A stretch of 64,000 bases of DNA from Candidatus Omnitrophota bacterium. Its GTDB lineage: Bacteria > Omnitrophota > Gorgyraeia > Zapsychrales > Fredricksoniimonadaceae. A program made the translations under genes and the position numbers. The stretch is from contig CAJARJ010000001.1 in assembly GCA_903944345.1 (NCBI GenBank), positions 12,339 to 76,338 of the forward strand, read 5' to 3'. Under the pieces are notes generated by a model that ran no database searches, was not told the DNA's origin, and saw only the letters and a list, made by a program, of their open reading frames with translations. Below, piece after piece: positions 17,721 through 26,973 of the stretch (the stretch's first letter is position 1; the number at the start of each line of letters is the position of its first letter).

Positions 17721-18923
17721 TTATTGAACCTTCAAAGCAAACTTCCGGCCATATTCAACACAGCGCGCCAGATCAGCATCACTCGGCTGCCACATATTGC
17801 GGATGCCATCATCAACACACTCATAGCCAATTTCTTTAAGAATCGAATTGAGCCGCACCTGTCCCTCGCCTGACCAGCCGTAACTGCCAAAAGCCGCGGC
17901 CTTCTTTCCCTGAAAAGACAACCCTCTTAACTCCTCCAAAAGCGCTCCGACAGAAGCCAGGGCACACTTGTTATGCGAAGGAGAACCCAGAAGAAACGCT
18001 TTGGAACGAAAGATATCGGTCATAACATCATTCTTGTCGGATTTTGCCAACGAATGCACCGCCAGGACAACTTCGGAATCTGCCTCACGAATACCCTTGG
18101 CAATAGCCTCGGCCATGGCCCGGGTGGCTCCCCACATCGAATCATAGGCAATAGTAATGCGGTCCTCGCGGTACCCGTTAGCCCATAAAGCATACGCGTC
18201 AATAATCTTGTGAATATCCTTCCGCCAGCAAGCACCGTGACTGGGGCATATAATATCAATTGGCAAATCCAGCGACTTGAGCTCGCGCAGCTTGGAGTCA
18301 ACCAGTTTACTCCAGGGCGCGATAATATTAGCGTAATACTTTATGGCCTCTTTCCAGAGACTGTGCTGATCAACCAGATCAGCAAAAATCTTGTCCGTAG
18401 CCAGATGCTGACCAAAAGCATCGTTGGAAAAAAGAATATTGTCCTGTGTCAAATAAGTGAACATCGTATCCGGCCAGTGCAACATGGGCGCTTCAATAAA
18501 CATGAGCTGTTTGCCATTGCCAATGTCCAGGCGGTCACCTGTACGCACCGGTTTGAAATTCCAGTCCTTGTGAAAATGCCCCCGCAGGGATTTCACCCCG
18601 TTATGACTGCAATAAACCGGGACATCAGGAAGATGCTGCATCAAATCCACAATTGCCCCCGAATGATCAATCTCGGCATGATTAATGACAACCGCATCAA
18701 TTCTGGAAAGTTCCACTTCTGCCGGCAATTCGCGCATGAACTCGGCCGAAAAAGGAGCCCAGACCGTATCGATAAGAACGGTCTTCTGTTCTTTGATAAG
18801 ATAGGAGTTATAGGTCGAACCATGATGGGTGGACAATTCGTCGCCATGAAAACGCCGTAATTCCCAATCAACTTTCCCGACCGAATAAACATTGTTTTTA
18901 ATTTTTTTACTCATCTTGCACAC
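17721..18923 (-). CDS. fprA: FprA-type flavodiiron protein (O2/NO reductase)
   Basis: STYNSYLI, NHAEIDHSG, LHWPD, SNDAFGQH, PSHG, flavodoxin-domain AFGSYGWSGE. Confidence 0.93.
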   Translation of the reverse strand: MCKMSKKIKNNVYSVGKVDWELRRFHGDELSTHHGSTYNSYLIKEQKTVLIDTVWAPFSAEFMRELPAEVELSRIDAVVINHAEIDHSGAIVDLMQHLPDVPVYCSHNGVKSLRGHFHKDWNFKPVRTGDRLDIGNGKQLMFIEAPMLHWPDTMFTYLTQDNILFSNDAFGQHLATDKIFADLVDQHSLWKEAIKYYANIIAPWSKLVDSKLRELKSLDLPIDIICPSHGACWRKDIHKIIDAYALWANGYREDRITIAYDSMWGATRAMAEAIAKGIREADSEVVLAVHSLAKSDKNDVMTDIFRSKAFLLGSPSHNKCALASVGALLEELRGLSFQGKKAAAFGSYGWSGEGQVRLNSILKEIGYECVDDGIRNMWQPSDADLARCVEYGRKFALKVQ

Positions 18924-19013
18924 TCCTCAATAAAAATACACCCGACTCATGCTTCTTCGGGAGTCATCAAGTTATCATACTATTACGTCTAAATGAAAGC
19001 ATTTTCCTTACGC

Positions 19014-19042
19014 AAAAAAATCCCCCGGCCTGCACCGGGGGA
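19014..19042 (-). terminator. Intrinsic terminator after the DEAD-box helicase
   Basis: TCCCCCGG-TGCAGG-CCGGGGGA followed by a T7 run on the minus strand. Confidence 0.8.
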
Positions 19043-19071
19043 CTTGATAAACAAAAACACCCCGTAACATT

Positions 19072-20310
19072 CTAGCGGCGGCGGAACCCTTTACGAGCAG
19101 AAAAACTACGCCCCATAAATTTCCTGTTTCCCCCCGAAGATGCGGGCGCATGCACTGAACGCACCGGCAACAAAAACTCTTCGGTCTGAACATCCGGATG
19201 CTTAATCACGGGAATATCCGCACGAATCAGACGCTGAATCGTGGTGATAGACTCAAACTGATCGGGAGTGGCAAACGAAATAGCCCGGCCTTCCATTCCT
19301 GCCCGCCCAGTGCGGCCAATACGATGCACATAATTCTCGGCATCATCCGGAAGGTCATAATTAACCACCAGCTCAATTCCCTTGACATCAATACCACGAG
19401 AGGCAATATCGGTAGCCACCAGGACACGAAAACGGCCAACTTTAAAGCCTTCCAGAGCCGCACGACGCTGGGACAAGGAACGGTCAGAATGTATTTCGGC
19501 GGCATTATGCCCCATTTTACGCAGGTCACGGGTGATTTTGCTGGCGCCATGCTTGGTCCGGCAAAAAAGCAGAACCGAACCGCGATATTGCGTAAGAATC
19601 TTGCCCAAAAGGGTCGTCTTGGCCTCACGCCGGATAATAAACAGTTCCTGGGAGACTCTTTCGGACGCTGTTCCCGAGGGAGCCACCTCAATATTCACCG
19701 GAAGCTTCATGTGCCGGGAGGCCATATACATGATCTCTTTGGGCATGGTCGCGGAAAACAGCATGGTCTGTCTTTCCTTGGGTACAAATCTGAGTATTTG
19801 CTCAATCTGGGGGGCAAACCCCATGTCCAGCATGCGATCCGCTTCATCCATAACCAGAATGCTCACATGATCAAGCTTGAGGGTATGGCGCTCGGTCACA
19901 TGATCAATCAGTCGCCCGGGCGTGGCAATAATAATTCTGGGATTACGCCGCAGCATCCGCACCTGTTCTTCCATGGATGCTCCGCCAATCAAAACCGCAG
20001 TCTGCAGAGCAAACGGAGGGGCAACCTTGCGAAAAGTTTCATCGACCTGCACGGCCAATTCGCGGGTCGGCACCAGAACCAATGCCAATCCTTGTCCTGC
20101 CGCCAGGCGCTGGACAACCGGAATGGCGAACGCGAGGGTTTTGCCCGTTCCTGTCTGAGCCACCCCCATCACATCTTTACCTTCCGTAGCAACAGGAATT
20201 GCCTTGTGCTGAATCGGAGTCGGGGTCTTGAACTTCATCCGCTCCAGAACCTCCAGCACCTTGGGGGCAATGCCGAGTCCATAAAATGTTAACGATTGCT
20301 GTTCTGTCAT
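19072..20310 (-). CDS. rhlE: DEAD-box RNA helicase (RhlE-like)
   Basis: Q motif, AQTGTGKT, PTRELA, TPGR, DEAD, SAT, HRIGRTGR. Confidence 0.9.
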   Translation of the reverse strand: MTEQQSLTFYGLGIAPKVLEVLERMKFKTPTPIQHKAIPVATEGKDVMGVAQTGTGKTLAFAIPVVQRLAAGQGLALVLVPTRELAVQVDETFRKVAPPFALQTAVLIGGASMEEQVRMLRRNPRIIIATPGRLIDHVTERHTLKLDHVSILVMDEADRMLDMGFAPQIEQILRFVPKERQTMLFSATMPKEIMYMASRHMKLPVNIEVAPSGTASERVSQELFIIRREAKTTLLGKILTQYRGSVLLFCRTKHGASKITRDLRKMGHNAAEIHSDRSLSQRRAALEGFKVGRFRVLVATDIASRGIDVKGIELVVNYDLPDDAENYVHRIGRTGRAGMEGRAISFATPDQFESITTIQRLIRADIPVIKHPDVQTEEFLLPVRSVHAPASSGGNRKFMGRSFSARKGFRRR

Positions 20311-20545
20311 AAAAAGAATCCTCTTTTCCTAAAAAGGGCGTCACAGAAAACAAGCGGCATCCGGATAGGCTCCAGCCTCCCGGTCATACCTGATTTTTCA
20401 GGGTGCGCTTGTATGTCAACGCGGTAAATGGCCGACCCAAACTGTAAGGTCGCAAGTGGCAGGAGCAGGCGGCAAAACTTTTGGCACGCGATAAACTACG
20501 CCTACCCGAACAAGGTGGGTTGGACATTCAATTAATATTGGGGTA

Positions 20546-20554
20546 ATTATACCA
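20546..20554 (-). promoter_or_regulatory. Extended -10 promoter element ahead of a long helicase leader
   Basis: TGGTATAAT on the minus strand about 235 nt upstream of the ATG. Confidence 0.5.
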
Positions 20555-20654
20555 CACGGAACGGGCGGCTGCCAGAAATATTATTTCTCCCGCGCGTTTC
20601 ACCTTATTATTTCTACAAAGTGCTTTTCTGACCTTCGCCCTTCTGGAAACCGGT

Positions 20655-23600
20655 TCACCTCTGACCATCAAAGAAAACAGCACCCCCCTGACTGGGACGA
20701 ATAGCTGCGATCTCAGGAAAAAAACCGCGACAGGACTGATACTCTTTCCACAAATCCGATCCGGAATAAAACCCTTTCCAGTCGTCCGTTCCCTGAATTT
20801 CAAGAAGATCTTCTGTTGAATTCAAATCAATACCACCAGGGGCCTCTGCTGCGTCTTCCCCTGAATCAGACATCTCTCGAATCAGGACTTGTCCGGAAGC
20901 ATCAAATTCGAACTCAAGTTTTATTGATCCATAAGAATACAATTGTCTTGTCCCGGCCTTGTACGGCCCCCTTTCATCTCCTCCCTGCCGTTGAAAAAAG
21001 AAATCGTCCCCGGATCGTCGCAACAAAAAAACAAAAGAACCGACGGGCCCCTGTTTCCTGGAGTCCCTCTCCATAGGCACCAAAGCACGCGCCTTACCAC
21101 GATAGAAAACATCCCCTGTCACAGGATCTTCGACTCTGAACCCCTCATTTCTGGAGAACGTAAAGCGCAGGCCAAGAGCCTCAAACCCTTTTTGAACGGC
21201 ATAATAAGAATTCTGTGACATCCCCGGAACACCATCAGGATAGAAAATGGGCCTTAAAGCATCCGCAATCTGAGGAGCAACGGATTGCATGCGTAAAAAA
21301 AGAAACTGCAAATCAAGACTCGGGATTTCGCCGACAAGTTCTTCGCTCATCCAGAAACCATCCGCCACCTTTGTCCCGGTAAGATTATCGTCTCTATAAT
21401 AATCACGCACAATCCTGGCGACTGCATCTATAGCCTTTTCCTGCTCGTCGGACGAGCGAAAAGATGTAAAATATATATTTATCGAATCGTGACGATTCTC
21501 CGGCGAACTGCCCGCCCCCAAAGACGGTCGACCTGATTTGTAATTCCCCTGAATCAACGGACCGGAACCGTCCTGGTCGATAAACAAACGATCCAGAGCC
21601 TGAATGCTTTGCGGATTGACCATAATATTCAGTTTCATACGACCACGCAGCGGCCCCTGGATATTATGACCACCACGAAAGACCCAACCCCCTTGCTCTG
21701 TAACCTCTATGCCCGAGGCAGAAGCCCGCAAAGCCGCCTCAAACTCAACCTCGTTCGATGCCCCGTAAGTTCTTGCTGGAGCATAAGAAGCCTCTGTAAG
21801 ATACATATAATAATCCCTTACAATCTGAAATAATACATCCCCCCATTTCTGCGGAAATCGCGTCAATTGATCAATTCTTTTTTGTTTCACGATATCTGGA
21901 TCAAGCTGCAAGCGTCGATAAACCTTATCAAATTGATCAAAAGAACTGATAAGTTGTTTCGCGCGACTCCTGTCCAGTGGCGAAGCAACAGGCATAGCGC
22001 CATCCCAATACTGTTGAAAGTCTTTTTCTTCAGTATCAAAATAATCCGATAGCGCCCTGTACACGGGCTTGTATAAAGTCGTATCGTAAAATTTTACAAG
22101 CTGGGTAGGAAACGATTGATCATCAGGTATCTTGTGGTCAAAAGTTGTCAGACTCTCTGCCCGATAAAAACTCTCTTCCCCTTGATCAAGCACTCCCCCG
22201 ATCGAATCAAAGATATGCATCTGCTCTGCACCCAGAACTTCATCCAGAGTCACCATCTTTTGGCCATATAATAATTCCACCTCAACCCTGCCAACAAACG
22301 ACTGCAAAAGACTCTCTGCCTCAGTGGTCACAAAAGGAGCCGCAACAATAAAACGGGGTCTTTCTCCTTTTGCGTTCTCCTCAAACCAGGCGTTAACCTG
22401 ATCAATGGTTCTTTTAATCTGCTGGCCTCCATACAAAGCATCGTCAAAAATTACAAAATCCCTGATCCCTGCATTGAACATTTTCCTCAACGCCCCGGTT
22501 CGGCTCTCAGATGCTCCCTGAAAGTATGATGCCATCTGAGGGGTTGTCTGCAAATCCTCTTCCACTAGCGAATAAACCCACCGGCGTGACTTGTGCTTGT
22601 CGAAATCCCACAAAACAGCATATGGCCTCTCTTTGTACGCATGCCGGAGATCATTAAACCTTGACACAAGCCTGTCCAGCTCACTCTTAAACTCGGGGAA
22701 AGAAATATGCCGCAGATTTTCAGCTATCTTTTTCTTAATTTCCCGTATTGACGAATCAGGCTCATTCTTCCACCAAGCCTCAAGCTCCTCTGTTTTCAGT
22801 CTTGGGACAAAGTCCGGTGACTGAAACAAATCAGATTTTAATCCCGGCCCCGTCCCCTTAATAACAGAGACCTCCAGGCCATCATCAACCGGATGAAGTA
22901 TTATCTCGACAAACATATCGCGCCCTGAAACATCTCCGAAGACAACCGGCGGATTTCTAAAGAGAATCGATCCCTGGGAAAAGTCCATATTCATTCCCCC
23001 GGAGAAATACTTTCTCGGGATCACTTCATCCGAATAAACATCCTTCTCTTCCCGGATCAGGTTATAGGCCCCCTGGCGAAATGATTCCGCATACCGCTGC
23101 CAGATTTTTTCCGCTTCCTTCGGATCGTCAATATTGACACCCGCTGTTTTGTTGCGGTTCACATACACCTCCGACAACAACGACTGCCAGATTTTCTTCT
23201 TGTACCATGTTGCCAAAATCAGGGACTGATAAACCTGACGCAGCCGGGCAAAGCCCTCCCCCTCATTGACCTCTTTCTCCAGTGCAGGAACGACCACCTC
23301 ACGCAGGACAGCGCGAGCTATGTCCGATCCAGCGGATACCGTCCGATCCGCTCCAAGTCCGCCTCCTGCCGCCAGATAATCCTGCTCCAGCATAACCTTC
23401 AGGCGTGACTCCGCAATGTACACCGCTCCGGCTCCGGCATTGCCGTACACCACCGCCTTGTCAGGCACAATCCACACCTTGTTGAACGTATCTATCGGAA
23501 TATCCGTAGTACCGTATTTCTCCTGTGCCAGGGCGTAGACTTTCCGCCAGAACCTCTTGCCTGTTTCCCCTTCCGGGTGCAATAACGAAGACGTGAGCTG

Positions 23601-23990
23601 TTTAAGAATATAATCCTGCTCCAGAAGATCCCGGCCCATTTCAGTCTGGCCAAACGCTTCGGGAATAATGCGGTCTTTCTCGTAAGGAGACAGGTTGACC
23701 CACAGGTCTTTTTCGGGAACAGTCAGGCTGGCGAGGAAATACCGGACGAGCTTTTCGGATTCTTTCTTGAGATCCGGTTCTGATCGCGTCCCCGGATCAA
23801 GAATGAAATCAAAGCGAAGAGGTTCTTTCGGATATACCTTAAGTCCTTTCAGCACAGCAGGTTGAAACCCTGCTCCGGAGACAGCCATCCCTCCGGCAGA
23901 AGGCAGAACGGGCTGGGATTGCCCCCAGGACAACTGCTCCAGAAAAAAGACCACCGCAAACAGAACAGACAAAACTTTCCTTATAACCAT
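20655..23990 (-). CDS. Secreted modular protein, paralog 3: conserved N-domain + PRTase-like and effector-like cargo + GGIDL motif
   Basis: Signal peptide; same N-domain as paralogs 1 and 2; FVIFDDALYGGQQI; RHDSINIYF; GGIDL..GFFPEIAAIRP. Confidence 0.85.
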   Translation of the reverse strand: MVIRKVLSVLFAVVFFLEQLSWGQSQPVLPSAGGMAVSGAGFQPAVLKGLKVYPKEPLRFDFILDPGTRSEPDLKKESEKLVRYFLASLTVPEKDLWVNLSPYEKDRIIPEAFGQTEMGRDLLEQDYILKQLTSSLLHPEGETGKRFWRKVYALAQEKYGTTDIPIDTFNKVWIVPDKAVVYGNAGAGAVYIAESRLKVMLEQDYLAAGGGLGADRTVSAGSDIARAVLREVVVPALEKEVNEGEGFARLRQVYQSLILATWYKKKIWQSLLSEVYVNRNKTAGVNIDDPKEAEKIWQRYAESFRQGAYNLIREEKDVYSDEVIPRKYFSGGMNMDFSQGSILFRNPPVVFGDVSGRDMFVEIILHPVDDGLEVSVIKGTGPGLKSDLFQSPDFVPRLKTEELEAWWKNEPDSSIREIKKKIAENLRHISFPEFKSELDRLVSRFNDLRHAYKERPYAVLWDFDKHKSRRWVYSLVEEDLQTTPQMASYFQGASESRTGALRKMFNAGIRDFVIFDDALYGGQQIKRTIDQVNAWFEENAKGERPRFIVAAPFVTTEAESLLQSFVGRVEVELLYGQKMVTLDEVLGAEQMHIFDSIGGVLDQGEESFYRAESLTTFDHKIPDDQSFPTQLVKFYDTTLYKPVYRALSDYFDTEEKDFQQYWDGAMPVASPLDRSRAKQLISSFDQFDKVYRRLQLDPDIVKQKRIDQLTRFPQKWGDVLFQIVRDYYMYLTEASYAPARTYGASNEVEFEAALRASASGIEVTEQGGWVFRGGHNIQGPLRGRMKLNIMVNPQSIQALDRLFIDQDGSGPLIQGNYKSGRPSLGAGSSPENRHDSINIYFTSFRSSDEQEKAIDAVARIVRDYYRDDNLTGTKVADGFWMSEELVGEIPSLDLQFLFLRMQSVAPQIADALRPIFYPDGVPGMSQNSYYAVQKGFEALGLRFTFSRNEGFRVEDPVTGDVFYRGKARALVPMERDSRKQGPVGSFVFLLRRSGDDFFFQRQGGDERGPYKAGTRQLYSYGSIKLEFEFDASGQVLIREMSDSGEDAAEAPGGIDLNSTEDLLEIQGTDDWKGFYSGSDLWKEYQSCRGFFPEIAAIRPSQGGAVFFDGQR

Positions 23991-24051
23991 AAGGAAAGTT
24001 TACCCTATGAAATACTCCGAAACCACTTAACCGGATCAGCCGAGAAAAGAA

Positions 24052-25962
24052 TCAGGATGAACTATCAAGAAGAGTTTCCCAGCGCTGATACGCTTCGGCA
24101 AGCTCGAAACCCAAAGCAGACGAACGCTCTTTAACCCGGGCAATTTCATCAGAAGGTTTTTTGTAGAACTCGGGGTCTGAAAGCCGCGCGCATAACTCCG
24201 CCTGCTCGCGTTCAAAGGTTTCAATCCTCGCCGGAAGCTTTTCCAGCTCGCGCTGTTCACGGTAAGAAAGCTTGGCACCCGTCACCGGCTTTTGAGCTGC
24301 GACACTCTTGATTGCAGGCGGGTTACCCGCAATGCTTTCTGGCCCTTTTTCTCCACCCGGAAAGATCGAAGCCCGCTGGGCCAGCTGATCATCGTATCCC
24401 CCCGGATACTCATTGACCGCGCCGCCCTCTTCCATAACAATCGTTGAGGTCACCACGTTGTTGATAAATTCGCGGTCATGACTGACCAGAATCAGCGTTC
24501 CGGGATATTCCAGCAAAAGCTCTTCGAGCAGTTCCAGCGTTTCCATGTCCAGATCGTTGGTCGGCTCGTCCAGCACCAAAAGATTGGCCGGACGGGTGAA
24601 CAAACGCGCCAGCAGGAGGCGGGCTCTCTCTCCACCGGAAAGAACCTTGACCGGCGTACGCGCCCGGTCTGGAGTAAAAAGAAAATCCTGCAGATAACCA
24701 ATAATATGCCTCGGCTTGCCGTTGATCAGCACCGTATCCGACTGACCGGCCACATTCTCCATCACGGTTTTTTCCTCGTCGAGCTGTTCGCGCATCTGGT
24801 CAAAATACGCCGGAATAAGAGCTGTTCCGTGACGAACGGTTCCCTTTGCCGGTTCCATCTGACCCAAAAGAATCCTGAGCAGAGTACTTTTTCCGCAACC
24901 GTTAGGGCCGATGACGCCAATACGATCTCCGCGCATGATATTGGTTGAAAAATCCCGGATAAGAACCTTGTCGCCCCAGGAATGCCCCAGACGCGAAAGC
25001 TTGGCCACCAGATGCCCGGAGATATCGGTCTCCTGCAAACGGAAACGCACTTGTCCCGGATCCTGCCTGAGTGCAGATTTCTCCTGCCGCAGCGTTTCCA
25101 GCGCCTTGACCCTGCCCTCATTGCGGCAGCGGCGGGCCTCAACCCCACGCCGGATCCAGACTTCCTCGCTGGAAAGCTTCTTTTCAAATTTCTCCAGACG
25201 GGCAGCTTCAATATTGGCCTCGACCTTCCGGTGCTCCAGAAAGGTTCGGTAATCGCAAGTCCAGCTGTAAATCCGCCCGCGATCCAGTTCAACAATCCGG
25301 CTGGCGGTCTCGGCCATAAAACGCCGGTCATGCGTTACAAAAAAAACTGTTCCGGCGAAATTTCTTATAAATCCTTCCAACCAGATAATAGAATCAATGT
25401 CCAGATGATTGGTCGGCTCATCCAGCAGCAGCAAATCGGGCGCCGAAACCAGTGCCCGCGCCAACAAGGCCCGGCGTCTGGCTCCGCCGGAAAGCTGCTC
25501 AAACCGGTCACGGGGAGAAAGCTTCATGCACGCGATAGCCTGCTCGACCTGATGATCAGTCTGCCAGCTGGCGGTGCGATCCAGTTCCGCCTGCAAACGG
25601 GAAAGCTCCTGCAACAGCTGCGGCGAAGCGCTTTTTTCAAGCAGATGGGTGACGTGATGATAATCACTCAGAAGCCGGCCCCGCTCGCCCAGGCCGGAAG
25701 CCACCACGTCAAAAACTTCTCCCTCGATGTCGCGCGGGACATCCTGCGGAACAAACGCTGTCCGCAACCCCTTCTGCCGGCTAACTCGACCATCGTCGGG
25801 GTTCATCTCCCCGGCCATCAGTCGCAGCAAGGTGGTCTTGCCGGTTCCGTTACGTCCCAAAAGAGCCGTACGTTCACCTGGCTCGAGATTAAAGCTGATC
25901 CGGTCAAACAGTAACGGTCCGCCGAAAGCCAAAGAGACATCCTGAAAGGTGACAAGCGCCAT
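24052..25962 (-). CDS. uup: ABC-F family ATPase Uup
   Basis: Two NBDs (GRNGTGKT, GPNGCGKS), EEVWIRRGVEARRCRNEGRV linker, C-terminal KLSYREQRELEKLP coiled coil. Confidence 0.9.
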   Translation of the reverse strand: MALVTFQDVSLAFGGPLLFDRISFNLEPGERTALLGRNGTGKTTLLRLMAGEMNPDDGRVSRQKGLRTAFVPQDVPRDIEGEVFDVVASGLGERGRLLSDYHHVTHLLEKSASPQLLQELSRLQAELDRTASWQTDHQVEQAIACMKLSPRDRFEQLSGGARRRALLARALVSAPDLLLLDEPTNHLDIDSIIWLEGFIRNFAGTVFFVTHDRRFMAETASRIVELDRGRIYSWTCDYRTFLEHRKVEANIEAARLEKFEKKLSSEEVWIRRGVEARRCRNEGRVKALETLRQEKSALRQDPGQVRFRLQETDISGHLVAKLSRLGHSWGDKVLIRDFSTNIMRGDRIGVIGPNGCGKSTLLRILLGQMEPAKGTVRHGTALIPAYFDQMREQLDEEKTVMENVAGQSDTVLINGKPRHIIGYLQDFLFTPDRARTPVKVLSGGERARLLLARLFTRPANLLVLDEPTNDLDMETLELLEELLLEYPGTLILVSHDREFINNVVTSTIVMEEGGAVNEYPGGYDDQLAQRASIFPGGEKGPESIAGNPPAIKSVAAQKPVTGAKLSYREQRELEKLPARIETFEREQAELCARLSDPEFYKKPSDEIARVKERSSALGFELAEAYQRWETLLDSSS

Positions 25963-25965
25963 AAA

Positions 25966-26973
25966 CTACATAACCTTCCCGACAGCCTCAAGCAGTTCGC
26001 GATTGGTGGGATACTTCTGCATCTGTTCCAGAAGGACACTGGCCGCTTCCACAGGACTAAGCTGAACCAGCGCGCGGCGCAACAGATTGACGCGATCAAG
26101 TTCCTGGGGTTCAAGCAGCAATTCGATACGTCGGGTGCCACTCTTGGCCACATCAATAGCCGGATAAATCCTGCGGCTGGATACATCTCTGGAAAGAACA
26201 ACTTCCATGTTGCCCGTTCCCTTGAATTCCTCAAATATCACATCGTCCATACGGCTTCCTGTCTGCACAAGAATTGTAGCCAGAATGGTAAGCGACCCGC
26301 CATGCTCAATCTTGCGGGCAGCTCCGAAAATGCGTCGGGGAACTTCCAGTGCACGGGCATCAAGTCCTCCCGAGATGGTTCTTCCGCTAGAACGCCGCTC
26401 GGCATTATGTACCCTTGCCAGCCGGGTCAAGGAATCAATAAGAACCATAACATGCTGCCCTGCTCCGGCCTCGCGCATGGCCTGGCGCATAAGATCGTCA
26501 GCCGTGCGGACGTGATGCTCGTATTCCAGATCTGACGACGACCAGCGCACATCCGCGGTGACACTGCGGCGAAAATCGGTAACCTCCTCCGGGCGCTCAT
26601 CAATCAGAAGACAATACAGCTTGACCTGAGGATAAGCCCGTCCGACAGCCTGACAAATATGTTTGAGAATCGTGGTTTTGCCGGAACCGGGAGGCGCAAC
26701 TATCAGTCCGCGCTGCCCCATGCCGATTGGACAAATCAAATCCAGACCGCGCATGGTCGGATCCGCCAACCCGTCTTCCAAGCGCATCCGTGGACTGGGA
26801 TCAACCGGAATGCCTTCAAGAAACAGTCGATCAGCAGGATCCTGGGACGGCCGGGATGAAAACGCCGCCCGCGCAGGTGCCTGAACACGCGGATAATGCC
26901 GCGCGGCCGAATGCGGACGGGCATGTTGCCGCCCTCCCCGCCCTGATTTTCCATGATCATAAGGTTTTTTCAT
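25966..26973 (-). CDS. rho: Short Rho-family ATPase lacking the N-terminal RNA-binding domain
   Basis: PIGMGQRGLIVAPPGSGKT, LLIDERPEEVTD, DSLTRLAR, FEEFKGTGNME, SGTRR; only ~60 aa before the ATPase core. Confidence 0.85.
   Translation of the reverse strand: MKKPYDHGKSGRGGRQHARPHSAARHYPRVQAPARAAFSSRPSQDPADRLFLEGIPVDPSPRMRLEDGLADPTMRGLDLICPIGMGQRGLIVAPPGSGKTTILKHICQAVGRAYPQVKLYCLLIDERPEEVTDFRRSVTADVRWSSSDLEYEHHVRTADDLMRQAMREAGAGQHVMVLIDSLTRLARVHNAERRSSGRTISGGLDARALEVPRRIFGAARKIEHGGSLTILATILVQTGSRMDDVIFEEFKGTGNMEVVLSRDVSSRRIYPAIDVAKSGTRRIELLLEPQELDRVNLLRRALVQLSPVEAASVLLEQMQKYPTNRELLEAVGKVM

Noticed and set aside
19198-20292. 364-aa plus-strand ORF (likewise 2561-3313, 24982-25914, 26727-27770, 38702-39748, 41311-42228, 46647-47858, 61459-62310)
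   Set aside because: All are antisense to well-supported conserved genes and look non-coding
4898-23990. Diversity-generating retroelement or classical toxin-immunity explanation for the cassette proteins
   Set aside because: No reverse transcriptase, no template/variable repeat pair and no small immunity ORFs downstream in this window
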